Assembly: GCA_041658785.1 (NCBI GenBank)
Contig: JBAZZL010000001.1
Coordinates: forward strand, 5,478-69,477
Source: Patescibacteria group bacterium
GTDB taxonomy: Bacteria; Patescibacteriota; Patescibacteriia; Magasanikbacterales; UBA922
Reading direction: 5' to 3'
DNA length: 64,000 nucleotides
Shown: piece by piece, positions 9,020 through 20,090 of the stretch
Position numbering within the stretch: position 1 is the stretch's first letter
How the letters are laid out: every line of letters begins with the position of its first letter
Translations under genes and position numbers: made by a program
The notes under the pieces: model-generated
What the model saw: the letters and a program-made list of their open reading frames with translations, nothing else
Told to the model about the DNA's origin: nothing
The model's database searches: none

Positions 9020-11989
9020 ATGCCATACAACGCCGACCAAAACGAAAAAGAAATTCTTGCGTTTTGGGATAAAAATAAAATTTTTGAAAAATCTATTTCA
9101 GAGCGTCCGGAAAACAAGCCGTACGTGTTTTATGACGGCCCGCCGTTTGCGACCGGGCTGCCTCACTACGGACATATTGTCGCATCATTAATGAAAGATG
9201 TTGTTCCTCGTTACTGGACAATGCGGGGATATAGGGTAGAACGCGTTTGGGGTTGGGATTGTCATGGACTGCCGATTGAAAATATTATTGAAGAAGAACT
9301 TGGGTTGAAGACCAAACAAGATATTGAAAAAATGGGTGTGGCAAAGTTCTGCGATGCTTGTAGAAATACGGTTTTGAAATACGCCGAAGAATGGAAAAAG
9401 ACAATTCACCGCATGGGGCGATGGGTGGATATGGACCATGCTTACCAAACTATGGATTTGGGCTACATGGAAAGCATTTGGTGGGTTTTCAAACAACTTT
9501 GGGAAAAAGATTTGATTTATGAAGGCAGGAAATCCATGCATATTTGCCCGCGCTGTGTTACTCCGCTTTCCAATTTTGAAGTAACGCAGGGGTATAAGGA
9601 TGTGAAGGATATTTCAGTGGTGGTGAAGTTTAAAGTCATAAATCATAAGACTAAAGTCAAAAGTCTAGAGAATTTGGATAATTTATATATTTTAGCCTGG
9701 ACAACCACTCCGTGGACGTTACCGGGAAATGTGTTGCTTGCGGTGGGAAAGAGTATTCAGTATTCAGTAGTGAGTATTGAAGGCGAAGATGGATTGTTTG
9801 TGGTAGCCAAAGATAGAGTGGAGAAAATGATGGGAAATAAGAAATTTGAAATAAGAAATAGTATTTTAGGGAGTAACCTTATTGGATTAGAATACGAGCC
9901 GTTGTTTCCTTATTTCGCCAATACAGAAAATAGCTTTCGCGTGGTAGAAGGCGGAGATTTTATTACTACCGAAGAAGGAACGGGCGTGGTGCATATTGCG
10001 CCGGCTTTTGGTGAGGACGATTATCAAGTAGGTTTGCGAGAAAAGACTGGCTGGGTACAGCACGTAACCATGGAGGGTAAATTTATTCCAGAAGTAACTG
10101 ACTTTGCCGGCAAAGAAGTAAAGCCAAAAGAAGATCCGACAAAAACAGACGTTGAGATTATTAAATGGCTGGCGGCTAATGGCAAATTGTTTGCTAAAGA
10201 AAAAGTTGAACACAGCTACCCGCATTGCTGGCGCTGTGACACCCCGCTTCTCAATTATTCTACCTCCTCGTGGTTTGTAAAAGTGACAGAATTAAAAAAT
10301 GATTTATTAAAAAATAATAAAGATATCAATTGGGTGCCGGCACACATCAAAGACGGCCGGTTTGGATTATGGCTGGAGGGAGCGCGCGATTGGGCGATTT
10401 CGCGCAATCGGTACTGGGGCACTCCATTGCCGGTTTGGAAATGTGAGGAAGATTGTAAAAATGTCGCAGTCGTCGGTTCAGTGGAGGAATTAGAAAAGTT
10501 GACTGGGAAAAAGGTAGACGATTTGCATAAAAATAAAATCGATAACCTAGTTATTAAGTGCGACAAGTGCGATGGGGAGATGAAGCGCATTACCGAGGTG
10601 CTGGACTGCTGGTTTGAATCCGGCTCCATGCCTTATGCCCAGTTTCATTATCCATTTGAAAATAAAGAAAAAGTAGAAGCCGGTTTTCCCGCAGAATTTA
10701 TTGCCGAGGGCCAAGATCAGACGCGCGGCTGGTTTTATACTTTGCATGTCTTGGCCACCGCCCTGACTCGGGGCAAAAAGCCGCCCATTCCAGTGAAAAA
10801 AATGAGTTCGTCATTCAAGAATGTGATTGTGAATGGCATCGTGCTGGCGGAAGACGGCAAAAAAATGAGCAAACGTTTAAAAAATTATCCTGATCCAACA
10901 GAAGTGCTGGCAAAATATGGAGCCGACGCCATGCGTTATTATTTGGTTTCTTCACCAGTCATGTATGCGGAGAATTTGAATTTTTCTGAGAAAGAAGTGA
11001 GAGAGATGTATAATAAAGTGATGAATATTCTCTGGAACGTATTTGAGTTTTATCAGCTGTTCTCTAAACATGGAACATGTAGCATGAAACATGTAACAAG
11101 TGACAAAAACATCCTTGACCTGTGGATTTTGGCGAAATTACATTTATTGATTAAAGAAGTGACGGAGAGGATGAATGAATATAAACTTGCCGAGGCAAGC
11201 AGGCCGATTGGGGAATTTATTACTGAATTATCGCAGTGGTACGTTCGCCGTTCGCGCGATCGCTTTAAAGGCGAGAATGAAACCGACAAACAAAATGCGC
11301 TCGCCACTTTGCGCGAGGTATTACTGACGCTGTCAAAAGTAATGGCGCCGTTTACGCCGTTTATCGCGGAAAAGATATTTAGGCAAATCATAAATCCTAA
11401 ATCCGAAACCATAAATGACGATTTGTCGGTGCATTTGGAGGCGTGGCCGGAGGCGGACGAGGGGCTGATTGATGAAAAATTATTAAAAGAAATGGCCCAG
11501 GCGAGAAAAATTGTGGAGATGGGGCACGCGTTACGCAAAGAGGCGGGTATTCCGGTAAGGCAACCGCTGGCAGGACTTACGGCTTACGGCTTACGGCTTA
11601 CGGACGAGTTGAAGCAAATCGTAGCTGAAGAGTTGAATGTAAAGAGCGTTGAAATAGGAAATAAAGAAATAGGAAATAATTTTGTAGTTAAAGAAGAAGG
11701 TGGTATTAAGGTGGCTTTGGATACAAAAATTACTGATGAACTCAAAAAAGAAGGTCTGGCGCGCGAGATTGTGCGGGCGATAAATCAGCTGAGGAAAAAA
11801 CAGGGGCTCACCATTCAGGATCAAATTGCTGTTCAGTATCACACTGATGATAAATTATTAAAGCAAGTATTTGCAGAATATGGCGGGAAAATTAAACAGG
11901 GAGTATTGGCAGTGGAGTTGAAAACAGGCGCTGGAGAGGCGGTGGAGATTGGTGGAGTTAAAATTCAATTAAACATCCATAAAGTTTGA
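9020..11989 (+). CDS. ileS: Isoleucyl-tRNA synthetase
   Basis: HYGH (PHYGHIV) and KMSKR (KKMSKRLKNYPDP) class I motifs, editing domain, 989 aa. Carries in-frame tandem repeats at 11576-11603 (cttacgg x4) and 11648-11680 (gaaataggaaataaa). Confidence 0.95.
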   Translation: MPYNADQNEKEILAFWDKNKIFEKSISERPENKPYVFYDGPPFATGLPHYGHIVASLMKDVVPRYWTMRGYRVERVWGWDCHGLPIENIIEEELGLKTKQDIEKMGVAKFCDACRNTVLKYAEEWKKTIHRMGRWVDMDHAYQTMDLGYMESIWWVFKQLWEKDLIYEGRKSMHICPRCVTPLSNFEVTQGYKDVKDISVVVKFKVINHKTKVKSLENLDNLYILAWTTTPWTLPGNVLLAVGKSIQYSVVSIEGEDGLFVVAKDRVEKMMGNKKFEIRNSILGSNLIGLEYEPLFPYFANTENSFRVVEGGDFITTEEGTGVVHIAPAFGEDDYQVGLREKTGWVQHVTMEGKFIPEVTDFAGKEVKPKEDPTKTDVEIIKWLAANGKLFAKEKVEHSYPHCWRCDTPLLNYSTSSWFVKVTELKNDLLKNNKDINWVPAHIKDGRFGLWLEGARDWAISRNRYWGTPLPVWKCEEDCKNVAVVGSVEELEKLTGKKVDDLHKNKIDNLVIKCDKCDGEMKRITEVLDCWFESGSMPYAQFHYPFENKEKVEAGFPAEFIAEGQDQTRGWFYTLHVLATALTRGKKPPIPVKKMSSSFKNVIVNGIVLAEDGKKMSKRLKNYPDPTEVLAKYGADAMRYYLVSSPVMYAENLNFSEKEVREMYNKVMNILWNVFEFYQLFSKHGTCSMKHVTSDKNILDLWILAKLHLLIKEVTERMNEYKLAEASRPIGEFITELSQWYVRRSRDRFKGENETDKQNALATLREVLLTLSKVMAPFTPFIAEKIFRQIINPKSETINDDLSVHLEAWPEADEGLIDEKLLKEMAQARKIVEMGHALRKEAGIPVRQPLAGLTAYGLRLTDELKQIVAEELNVKSVEIGNKEIGNNFVVKEEGGIKVALDTKITDELKKEGLAREIVRAINQLRKKQGLTIQDQIAVQYHTDDKLLKQVFAEYGGKIKQGVLAVELKTGAGEAVEIGGVKIQLNIHKV

Positions 11990-11992
11990 GGC

Positions 11993-12146
11993 ATAGAACT
12001 CACATTCCAAAATCGGACTGAAAAGCCAGACACAACCGATAATCATTTCTGCCGCGAGGACTGTTTGAGTGAGAATACACGAGTTCCGCAGCAAAGAAAT
12101 GATTAGCGGTTGTGCGGCCAGTCCGATTTTGGAATGTGAGTTCTAT
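11993..12146. repeat. 154-bp near-perfect palindrome (28-bp perfect outer arms) downstream of ileS
   Basis: atagaactcacattccaaaatcggactg ... cagtccgattttggaatgtgagttctat, with further complementary inner segments. Confidence 0.85.
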
Positions 12147-12243
12147 ATGTCTAAAACGAACAAAATGGAAGCGAACAAGATGGCGGATCATTAAGTTGAT
12201 GATTTGAAAGTCCGTTGTTTTAATCGCGTGTTGACTATACGTG

Positions 12244-12271
12244 TTGACTATAATTGTATAAGCGGTATAAT
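12244..12271 (+). promoter_or_regulatory. Sigma70-like promoter (TTGACT-N16-TATAAT) upstream of the ATP-grasp gene
   Basis: A direct repeat gtgttgactata x2; the second copy supplies the -35 box, with tataat at 12266-12271. Confidence 0.45.
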
Positions 12272-12433
12272 AATATCTGAACATAAAGTTCCTCTCCGCA
12301 TGCCCCCAGCCTGCGGATTGCGGCCATTACCCATTTTATTTTTATGAACCTTAGCGGTTCGCAAATAGAGGATCCTCTACCAATAAAATTTATCCAACTG
12401 ATTTAAATTATAAACCCAAGCCGATGAGTCAGC

Positions 12434-14917
12434 TTGGTTTTTGTTACTATTATGCCCTCTGATAACCAAATAAAAAATAATGGCAAGCTTCGCGGCAGCA
12501 ATAAATGCTTGGAAGGTAAAACTATCCTTTTAGTAAATACGGGGTCTCCAAAAAAAAAATTTATTATCCAGCGACTCAAAAAACTGGATCTCAATTTGGT
12601 TATTTTGAATAAAAATAAAAATTGGGCGCAGATATATGCTGATCACTGGATTATCGCCGACACCTACAATCACACCGAGTCAATCCAGGCGGTAAGAAAT
12701 TTTATCAAAGAAAATCCGCAGATAAAAATTGAGGGGGCTCTGACTTTTTGGGAGGATGACGTTTTGTTAACTTCAAAAATTATTGACCGATTCAATTTTA
12801 TCGGCATACCATTGAGTGTGGCGAAAAAAGCCAGAAATAAATATAGCTTTCGCGATTTTTGCAAAGCCAACAGCATCAATGCCCCGCGCCACATTTTAGC
12901 CAGGACGGCTGCTGATATTAAATTTGCCTGTGATAATTTTAATTTTCCGGCGGTAGTCAAGCCTGTTTATGGATCTAGCAGCGCTGGTGTCACCAAAGTA
13001 ATGGACAAAGAAAGCCTGTCTCGCGTCTATACGCAGATTAAAAATAGTCTGTCAACGAATGTGGAAAGCGCCCTGACCGACGGCATGGATATTTTGGTAG
13101 AAGAATTTATTGATGGCGATGAGGTTGATATTGATCTGGTTTTACAGAATGGTAAAGTAAAATTTTACTGTATTTCTGACAATTACGACAAAAGCAAGGA
13201 CGAATTTTTTATTGACCGCGGCCAAGCCACGCCTTCCAGCCTGCCAAAAAAAACGCAGGACGAACTTTTTGCCATGACCGAAGAGGTCTTGGAAAAACTG
13301 GGCATCCAAAATGGTATAATTCATTTTGAAGCCAAAACAACTTCCAAAGGACCGTTTCCGATCGAGGTAAATCTCCGCATGGGCGGTGATTATGTTTATT
13401 CATATATAAAAGGCGCTTGGAATATTGACTTAATAGATTGCGCGGCAACAATAGCTTTGGGGAAATATCTGAATATAAAAAAGATAATTGAACCCAAAAA
13501 ATATATTATTGGCTGGGACTTTCATGCCGAAAATTCTGGAATTTTGGTGGAATTGAGCATAGATGAGGAGCTGTACAAAAAACAATATTTTGAAGACTTG
13601 CAGATAAATAAAGAAATCGGCGATGCCGTGCTGGTCCCGCCCGAAGGTTATGATTATCTAGGTTGGATAACAGTTTCCGGCGATAATATTCTTGATACCC
13701 AAGATAATCTGAAAAAAGCTTTGGAGTTGATAAAATACAATGTGGCTCGATTCCACAAAGCATCGTCAATCGGCCGAACTTTGCGCAAATCCAACTCATC
13801 GGTAGCGATGCTCAATAAAAGCATGCTGCTGGGCGCGGCAAAAATTGAAAAAATCAGGCGACTGACAAGCAAAAACCAGAGAAACTTAAAAGTTGGCATT
13901 GCTTGCAACATCTATGATGATTCCACCGGAGAAAAAGTGGAAAAGGAGCTAATGACAGTAGGAAAAAACATTGAGGCTACTCTGAACTCCAGGGGTTATC
14001 GGACAGAATTCTTGGATTTCAACAATATTGACAAAGTCTTTAATGAACTCAAGCGAAGCGATATTGATTTGGTGTTTAATGTCTGCGAAAGAATAAACGA
14101 CTCCAGCCTGCTTGAACCACACGTTGCCGCGTTGCTGGATATTCTGCAAGTGCCATATACCGGGTCCAATCCTTTCACATTGGGGCTCTGCATAGATAAA
14201 ATTAGAGTCAAAAAACTTTTGGCTTATCACAACATCCCAACACCTGATTGGGACTATGCTTATACGGTGGATGATAAAATCAGAAATGATCTGGAATATC
14301 CGTTGATTGTAAAACCAGCGAACACGGACAATTCAATCGGCATAACCAATGAATCGGTGGTCGTTGATGAGCCGGGACTCAAAAAACAAATAAAAAAGAT
14401 TATAATTGATCTAAACAGTCCGGCTTTGATTGAAGAATATATCGAAGGCGACGAGTACGATGTTCCCATTCTGGGCAGCGATGAAAATGATTTGCGAGTC
14501 ATGCCATTGGTTCGTTCAATTTTTGACCGCATGCCGAAAGGAAAGTGGCATATTTTTTCTTATGATTCAAAGTATGGCGAAAAGGATTTCAAAAATTCTG
14601 GAATCACGCAACAATACCCGGCCAAAGGCGTAAACAAAAAATTGATTTCCCTGATTACCGAAATTTCTCTTGATACTTACAATATTTTGGACTGCCATGA
14701 CTACGGCCGGATAGAGGTAAGAGTTGATGAAAATGACAACCCCTATGTGCTTGAGTTGAATCCAAATCCTTCTATTAATATTGGCAACTGTCTGCCGAAA
14801 GCGGCCGAACTAGCTGGCATGGATTATGGTGATTTTATAGAAGAAATAATTAGAATGAGCATCAAAAGGTATAAAAATCGCCCTCCCTATTATCATTTAC
14901 AAGGCGGCATAATATAA
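12434..14917 (+). CDS. Tandem ATP-grasp ligase (two D-Ala-D-Ala-ligase-like ATP-grasp modules in one polypeptide)
   Basis: Module 1: FPAVVKPVYGSSSAGVTKV, EEFIDGDEVDIDLV, IIHFEAKTT...EVNLRMGG. Module 2: YPLIVKPANTDNSIGIT, IEEYIEGDEYDVPILG, DYGRIEVRVDENDNPYVLELNPNPSI. A hairpin plus T-run (12415-12445) overlaps the predicted start; an alternative start is at 12452. Confidence 0.7.
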   Translation: MVFVTIMPSDNQIKNNGKLRGSNKCLEGKTILLVNTGSPKKKFIIQRLKKLDLNLVILNKNKNWAQIYADHWIIADTYNHTESIQAVRNFIKENPQIKIEGALTFWEDDVLLTSKIIDRFNFIGIPLSVAKKARNKYSFRDFCKANSINAPRHILARTAADIKFACDNFNFPAVVKPVYGSSSAGVTKVMDKESLSRVYTQIKNSLSTNVESALTDGMDILVEEFIDGDEVDIDLVLQNGKVKFYCISDNYDKSKDEFFIDRGQATPSSLPKKTQDELFAMTEEVLEKLGIQNGIIHFEAKTTSKGPFPIEVNLRMGGDYVYSYIKGAWNIDLIDCAATIALGKYLNIKKIIEPKKYIIGWDFHAENSGILVELSIDEELYKKQYFEDLQINKEIGDAVLVPPEGYDYLGWITVSGDNILDTQDNLKKALELIKYNVARFHKASSIGRTLRKSNSSVAMLNKSMLLGAAKIEKIRRLTSKNQRNLKVGIACNIYDDSTGEKVEKELMTVGKNIEATLNSRGYRTEFLDFNNIDKVFNELKRSDIDLVFNVCERINDSSLLEPHVAALLDILQVPYTGSNPFTLGLCIDKIRVKKLLAYHNIPTPDWDYAYTVDDKIRNDLEYPLIVKPANTDNSIGITNESVVVDEPGLKKQIKKIIIDLNSPALIEEYIEGDEYDVPILGSDENDLRVMPLVRSIFDRMPKGKWHIFSYDSKYGEKDFKNSGITQQYPAKGVNKKLISLITEISLDTYNILDCHDYGRIEVRVDENDNPYVLELNPNPSINIGNCLPKAAELAGMDYGDFIEEIIRMSIKRYKNRPPYYHLQGGII

Positions 14918-15081
14918 ATCATCAACTGCGGCGGCTGCTTTGGCCTTGTTTTTTTTGCCGCCAGAACTATGCTGAGCTGCTAGCCGTCGGCTTTTTCGAT
15001 TTTGACGATGGCGCCGGCGGCGGTTTGACTAAAAGCGTAATCTAGGCTAGAATAAGAACAATTTATTATTAACAAATATCT

Positions 15082-16047
15082 ATGCTGACAATAAACCAAA
15101 TTTTTGATCTGGCAATCAAAATGGCCGTCAAAGCTGATCCTCGCGGCGAAAAAGGAATCAAGGAGTATTTGAACGCCGTGGGCAAAGAGTATGAGGACGC
15201 CAAGCCAAAGGATAAAAGATTTTTTGACAGCGAAAAATTGACCAACCCTTACGCCGACAGCCGCGTTCATTTAGACGACGGCAAGACCGCGGTCAAACGG
15301 GTTTTGGTCGGCATTGACATTGACGGAGCGGAAATTATTTTGGCCAGCCAGCTAAATGAGCGGGGCAAAAAAATTGATTTGGTTATGGCCCACCACCCGC
15401 TTGGCCGCGGGTTGGCGGATCTGCATTCGGTAATGGATATGCAGGTGGAGATATTTTTGAAAGCGGGCGTGCCGGTGCATGTGGCGGAAAAGGTGATGGC
15501 CGAGCGGATAAAAGAAGTGGGGCGCGGCCTGCACCCGATCAACCATTCCAAAATTATTGACTTGGCGCGCCTGCTTGGCATCAATCTTTTGAACGTCCAT
15601 ACGCCCACCGATAATTTGGTGTATAAATATCTGAATGATTTTTTGATTAAAAAGAAAGTGCGGATCATCCGGGACGTAATTGACGCCCTGCTGGAGCTGC
15701 CGGAATACGAAGCGGCGGCGCGCCTGGGCGCCGGTCCGAAGATTTTTTCCGGCGATCCCGGTCATAAAGTAGGTAGATATATTTTGGAAATGACCGGGGG
15801 TACCAACCCTTCAGAAAAGGTTTATAAAGAATTATCTCGCTATGGAATCAGTACCACGGTCGGCATGCACATGAAAGAACCCGCCCGCGAGTTGGCTTCC
15901 AAACACCACATGAACGTGGTAATTGCGGGACACATGGCATCAGATTCTTTGGGCATGAATTTATTTTTGGATGAGTTGGAGAAGAGAGGAGTAGAGATTG
16001 TGCCGTGCGGTGGGTTGATACGAGTGAGCAGAGTGAAGCAGAGGTAA
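15082..16047 (+). CDS. Nif3-family dinuclear metal centre protein (YqfO/YbgI-like)
   Basis: DLVMAHHPLGRGL and C-terminal AGHMASDSLGMN blocks match the NIF3 HHP and GHYxSE motifs; 321 aa. Confidence 0.55.
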   Translation: MLTINQIFDLAIKMAVKADPRGEKGIKEYLNAVGKEYEDAKPKDKRFFDSEKLTNPYADSRVHLDDGKTAVKRVLVGIDIDGAEIILASQLNERGKKIDLVMAHHPLGRGLADLHSVMDMQVEIFLKAGVPVHVAEKVMAERIKEVGRGLHPINHSKIIDLARLLGINLLNVHTPTDNLVYKYLNDFLIKKKVRIIRDVIDALLELPEYEAAARLGAGPKIFSGDPGHKVGRYILEMTGGTNPSEKVYKELSRYGISTTVGMHMKEPARELASKHHMNVVIAGHMASDSLGMNLFLDELEKRGVEIVPCGGLIRVSRVKQR

Positions 16048-16209
16048 GGGTGAGGCAGGTGGAATTAAAAGTGTGGGATTGCAAGATACAGTTTTGAAGA
16101 TTGAAAGATTACGATTTTTTGTTGGACAAAGTATTAGGATACAAAATGATCTTTTAATCTTCACTTCGCCAATAATCTTTTAATCTTTTAATCTTCTAAT
16201 TTTTGAACC

Positions 16210-16785
16210 ATGATTTCCTCAATCCGCGGCACAACCGTCGCCAAAACCGCCACCAGCGTTCATATTCAAACCTCCGGCGGTGTTGGCTATGAAATTTCTT
16301 TAACTCCGCTCCACGCGGCGAAGCTGGTTTTGAATAAGGAAGCGGAATTGCCGACTTATTTGCGGGTGACGGAAAGCGCGCTGGATTTGTTCGGTTTTCA
16401 GAATGATGAAGAGAGAGGTTTTTTTATTTTATTGATTTCCGTTTCCGGCGTCGGCCCGAAGACCGCGTTGAACATTTTGTCTTTGGGATCGTTATCGGAA
16501 ATAAAATCCGCCATCGCCCGCGGGGACGCGAAGTATCTTTCGGCGGTCAAGGGAATCGGGAGGAAGACGGCGGAGAGGTTGTGCGTGGAGCTTAAGTCAA
16601 AAATCACGAGGCACGAGGCATACAGCACGACGCAAACGAACGGCGGAGTGCTATCTGAAGTAATAGACGGACTGGTTGCCTTGGGATATTCTCGGGAAGA
16701 GGCGCGGGAGGCGGTCGCGGGGGTGGAGAGCGAAGGGAAGACGACGGAGGGGATTTTGAGAGAAGTTTTGAAGAATAAAAAATGA
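16210..16785 (+). CDS. ruvA: Holliday junction DNA helicase RuvA
   Basis: OB-fold N-terminus, two HhH motifs (LISVSGVGPKTALNIL; LSAVKGIGRKTAERL), C-terminal RuvB-binding domain. Confidence 0.88.
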   Translation: MISSIRGTTVAKTATSVHIQTSGGVGYEISLTPLHAAKLVLNKEAELPTYLRVTESALDLFGFQNDEERGFFILLISVSGVGPKTALNILSLGSLSEIKSAIARGDAKYLSAVKGIGRKTAERLCVELKSKITRHEAYSTTQTNGGVLSEVIDGLVALGYSREEAREAVAGVESEGKTTEGILREVLKNKK

Positions 16786-16981
16786 TTAGAAATTGGTAAT
16801 TGGTAATTGGTTACATTGTTAAATTGTTGTCGTGTTGTGGCGTTGCCGTGTTGCAGTATTGTTGTGTCATGGTTGAAAAATAAATTGGAAACAAAAACCC
16901 CGGCCGCTCGGTCGGGATTTGTATTTTATTTCATTATTCATTATTCATTTTGAGTCGTGTTGCGCGCCTCGTGCTTTGTGA

Positions 16982-19477
16982 TTACAAAAGCGCGATACTC
17001 GCCACCTTATCCCCCTCTTCCTTAAACCGCATCACGCGCACGCCTTGGGTGGCGCGGCCGAGAGTGGATACGGAATTGAGCGGAGTGCGGATCACCTGGC
17101 CTTTGACCGAGATCATCATCAGATCTTTTTCTTCGGTTCTGTTAATTACCCGCGCGCTGATAATTTTGCCGGTCTTGTCAGTAATGGCCATGGTCTTGAT
17201 GCCAGAGCCGCCTCTGCCTTGCACTTTGTATTCATTCAAATTAGTGCGCTTACCTAGGCCGTTTTCCGAAATTACCAAAAGCTCCAATACTTTTTGTCCT
17301 ACCAGCTTGGGATCAATAATTTCCATTCCCACTATCGCGTCTTTGTTTGATTTAAGCCTAATGCCGCGCACGCCAGCCGCCGCCCGGCCCATGGCCCGCA
17401 CATTTGTTTCCCTGATGCGGATTGATTGTCCGCCGGCAGTAACCATCATAATTTCGTCTTTGCCAGCGGATGGGTGCACCCATTCTAGCCTCTCGTCTTC
17501 TTTGAGCTTGACCGCGATTAGGCCTGATCGGCGAACATTGACAAAATCTTCTATCTTGGTTTTTTTGATGGTTCCTTTGTTGGTAACCATTACCAAGAAC
17601 GCGAATTTATTTATATCACCCATGGAGAGCATCACTGCCACTTTTTCATTCGGCGCCAGTTGCAAAAAGTTTACCATTGCTTGTCCTTTGGAAGTGCGGG
17701 TAGCTTGGGGAATATCATAAGCCATGAGTTGGAAGACTCGGCCGCGGCTGGTGAAGAACAGCATGTTATCATGAGTGTTGGTAGAGATGATTTGTTCTAC
17801 CACATCCTCTTCTTTGGTAGTCAATCCAATTACGCCTTTGCCGCCCCGGCCTTGGGTTTTGAAAGTGTCGGGCGGCAGGCGCTTGATGTAGCCATCGTGA
17901 GTCATCATGACGATAGTTGGTTCGTTGGGGATGAGATCTTCCATGCTAAAGTCGCCTACGGCTCCGGCGACAATTTTGGTGCGGCGCTCATCGCCGTATT
18001 TTTCTTTAATTTCTTTAATTTCTTTTTTGATTAAATTCAAAACTTTTTTTGGACTAGCCAGCAATTCTTGCAATTCTTTAATTTGAGTTATTTTCTCTTT
18101 AAGCTCATCCAAAACTCTTTGCCTTTCCATATTAGCCAGTTGTTGCAGGCGCATCTCAAGAATAGCCGCCGCCTGGCGGTCAGTAAACTTGAATTTGCTC
18201 ATCAAGTTTGTTTTGGCGATATCTTTGTCTTTGGATTTGCGAATGACGCTGATTACCGCGTCGATTTTATCAATCGCCTTTTTCAGACCTTCAAGAATGT
18301 GGGCGCGTTCTTTGGCCACATTCAAATCAAACTGGGTTCGGCGGGTAATTATTTCTTGCCGGTGTTTGATATATTCTTCCAAGACTGATTTCAAATTCAT
18401 CAGGCGCGGCTGGATTCTTTCTACTAAAGCAATCATGTTTACGTGGAAAGTAGTTTGCAGTTCAGTAAGATTGAACAAGCGATTCAAAACTTTTTTGGGA
18501 TAAGAATCTTTTTTAAGGTCAATTACCACGCGCACGCCATCTTTGTTGGATTCATCGCGCAGATCTTTGATCCCATCAATTTTTTTCTCTTGCACCAAAG
18601 AAGCGATTTTTTCAATCAATTTCGCCTTGTTGATTTGATAAGGAATTTCGGTGATCACAATCTGAAATAAGCCGCCCTTATCTTCTTGGATTTCTGTCTG
18701 TCCGCGCAGGACAATGCCGCCGCGTCCGGTGGCATACGCGGCAATGATGTCTTTTTTATTATAAATAATACCGCCCGTAGGAAAATCCGGTCCTTTGACA
18801 AATTGCATCAATTCTTCAATCGTGGCTTTCGGGTCGTCAATCAAATGGGCGGCGGCAGCGCATAACTCTGACAAATTGTGCGGCGGAATATTCGTCGCCA
18901 TGCCGACAGCAATACCCATGCTTCCATTCAAAAGTAAGTTTGGCAGCTTGCTTGGCAGCACCCTCGGCTCTTTGGTGGAGCTGTCATAGTTCGGGGTAAA
19001 ATCAACCGTTTCTTTTTCAATATCAAAAAGCATTTCTTCGGCAATTGATTGCAGTTTGGCTTCGGTATAGCGCATAGCCGCGGCGCTGTCTCCATCCATA
19101 GAACCAAAATTGCCCTGGCCATCAATCAAGGGATTTCTCATGCTAAAGTCCTGCGCCATTCTAACCAAAGAATCATAAATAGCGGCATCGCCATGGGGAT
19201 GGTATTTAGCCATTACTTCACCCACCACATGAGCCGATTTTCTAAATTTTGCGTTGTGCCTTAGGCCGATTTTCCACATGGCATAAAGAATTCTACGGTG
19301 AACCGGCTTAAGACCGTCTCGGACATCGGGCAGGGCGCGCGACACAATGACACTCATTGCATAATCCAAATAGGAACGTTTCATTTCATCAACCAGCTGG
19401 ATTGGCTCAATTCTGCCGGTCGGCGCTTTTGGCTCGCCTGGCCGCGGCATGGATTTTAACATTTGTTTCTTTGGCAT
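16982..19477 (-). CDS. gyrA: DNA gyrase subunit A
   Basis: [28 protein letters not shown] with the active-site Tyr region; GyrA box QGRGGKG in the C-terminal beta-pinwheel; 831 aa. Confidence 0.95.
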   Translation of the reverse strand: MPKKQMLKSMPRPGEPKAPTGRIEPIQLVDEMKRSYLDYAMSVIVSRALPDVRDGLKPVHRRILYAMWKIGLRHNAKFRKSAHVVGEVMAKYHPHGDAAIYDSLVRMAQDFSMRNPLIDGQGNFGSMDGDSAAAMRYTEAKLQSIAEEMLFDIEKETVDFTPNYDSSTKEPRVLPSKLPNLLLNGSMGIAVGMATNIPPHNLSELCAAAAHLIDDPKATIEELMQFVKGPDFPTGGIIYNKKDIIAAYATGRGGIVLRGQTEIQEDKGGLFQIVITEIPYQINKAKLIEKIASLVQEKKIDGIKDLRDESNKDGVRVVIDLKKDSYPKKVLNRLFNLTELQTTFHVNMIALVERIQPRLMNLKSVLEEYIKHRQEIITRRTQFDLNVAKERAHILEGLKKAIDKIDAVISVIRKSKDKDIAKTNLMSKFKFTDRQAAAILEMRLQQLANMERQRVLDELKEKITQIKELQELLASPKKVLNLIKKEIKEIKEKYGDERRTKIVAGAVGDFSMEDLIPNEPTIVMMTHDGYIKRLPPDTFKTQGRGGKGVIGLTTKEEDVVEQIISTNTHDNMLFFTSRGRVFQLMAYDIPQATRTSKGQAMVNFLQLAPNEKVAVMLSMGDINKFAFLVMVTNKGTIKKTKIEDFVNVRRSGLIAVKLKEDERLEWVHPSAGKDEIMMVTAGGQSIRIRETNVRAMGRAAAGVRGIRLKSNKDAIVGMEIIDPKLVGQKVLELLVISENGLGKRTNLNEYKVQGRGGSGIKTMAITDKTGKIISARVINRTEEKDLMMISVKGQVIRTPLNSVSTLGRATQGVRVMRFKEEGDKVASIALL

Positions 19478-19484
19478 AAAAAAA

Positions 19485-20066
19485 TTAAAATTCAGTTGTT
19501 GTGTTTTCGGTTGATGTTGATGTTGATGTTGATGTTGCAGTACTGGTCACTGCCCCAAACAGTCCTGCCAACGTTTCTCTAATTGCTTCTTCGGCGGTTA
19601 TTTGCCTCGGCTGTTCTGGGACTCCATTTTCTTTTTTGATTTCCTGTTTTACGCCTTCTGCGTTCTCAGCAATCGCTTCCTTGCTTTGTTGTGAAAGTCT
19701 GGAAAAAATCGAGCCAAGATCTTCGCCAGCCGAACCCAAAATTTCGCTTTTTATATTTTTCTGGCTGAAGTCGTTGATCATCGTTTTAACATTCCAGCTC
19801 CACATGATAAAAATCGCTGCCGCGAGCGCAATCACGCCAAACCACATCAACCCTCTCCCCTGTTTCGGGGGTTGATAATAAGTTTGCCTGCCTCGTTTTT
19901 GGTTCTCAGCCTTGCTCGGGGGCGCCGCTTGGTCCGACGGTCTCTCTTGCCTGAAGACGGCCTCTTCCAAAATAAAACCGGGAATTGATTCGACCGCATG
20001 GGCAATGTCTTTTTTAATCTTGCTTTTGGCCGCGCGCTTTGCTTTTTGTCTAATTCTTCTTTTCAT
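19485..20066 (-). CDS. Hypothetical membrane protein (basic N-terminus, one TM, C-terminal (ST)n tail)
   Basis: 193-aa ORF, 8 nt upstream of gyrA on the same strand. The C-terminal [13 protein letters not shown] is encoded by a gttgat hexamer repeat at 19505-19535. Confidence 0.45.
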   Translation of the reverse strand: MKRRIRQKAKRAAKSKIKKDIAHAVESIPGFILEEAVFRQERPSDQAAPPSKAENQKRGRQTYYQPPKQGRGLMWFGVIALAAAIFIMWSWNVKTMINDFSQKNIKSEILGSAGEDLGSIFSRLSQQSKEAIAENAEGVKQEIKKENGVPEQPRQITAEEAIRETLAGLFGAVTSTATSTSTSTSTENTTTEF

Positions 20067-20090
20067 GATTATCGGGGTTATCGACGCTAT

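Noticed and set aside
16950-17720. 256-aa plus-strand ORF, plus numerous antisense ORFs inside ileS, gyrA, polA, dnaA, PBP1A, rmuC and the LTD gene
   Set aside because: They lie fully inside well-supported genes on the opposite strand. They show no domain signatures and have biased composition.
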